NCBI GenBank assembly: GCA_964016885.1
Contig: OZ024750.1
Span: 3,472,001-3,536,000, forward strand
Length of the DNA stretch: 64,000 nucleotides
Source of the DNA: Eledone cirrhosa
Taxonomy: Eukaryota
Direction: 5' to 3'
Both the position numbers and the translations under genes were made by a program. The notes beneath the pieces are model-generated. The model searched no databases and had not been told where the DNA came from. It saw only the letters and a list, made by a program, of their open reading frames with translations. Shown here piece after piece: positions 63,601 through 64,000 of this stretch (the first letter of the stretch is position 1; every line of letters begins with the position of its first letter).

Positions 63601-64000
63601 TAGTAACGGCTCAGCTAATTCACTGGCTAGATGTCATTTACAATACATAATACTGGATCTCTACAGAGGACATACTTCACAAAGGACAATCAGTTGTAAT
63701 TTCCTTTGATAGATTTCAAAAACTCATGTTAATAACAATGTAGAAACTTGGGATGAACAACTGGAAGATAAAATCCATTTAGTTTAAGTGTTAGAAGAGA
63801 GATTTTTAATAGAATTTCATCAAGCATTTGGTGATAGTAAGCTTTCAACTTTACAATACGGTACACTTTGAAAATAGTGTGAGAAACTTACATCTGCATG
63901 GAATTTAGTTTTCATTGCAAAATCAATAACATAAGTGCATATATTTGTAACAGAGAAGAAACTTAATTTGAAAGAGAGTAATACCTATCAATAGATAATG

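Overview
AT-rich, microsatellite-saturated eukaryotic DNA whose repeat landscape (tRNA-head SINEs, RTE tails ending in (GAT)n, long (TA)n/(CA)n/(CAT)n tracts) looks like an octopod cephalopod; this taxonomic call is an inference. The only recognisable host gene is catalase on the + strand: six GT-AG coding exons from 51615 to 63141 give the first 234 aa, and the gene runs off the right edge. Intron 1 carries a young antisense RTE LINE that is 5'-truncated but has an unbroken 877-codon frame (partial APE endonuclease, YADD reverse transcriptase, PHD-like finger). I recognise no coding exon in the ~51 kb upstream; nearly all ORF-track entries there are microsatellite artefacts. The most interesting signal is a set of short microsatellite-embedded elements resembling Penelope-like pseudo-LTRs: two minimal type I hammerhead ribozyme motifs (one with the compensated U3:A8 core), a sister copy ending at the predicted cleavage site, and a family of fold-back elements whose arms co-vary within each copy. 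All calls were made by eye, with no database searches or folding runs.
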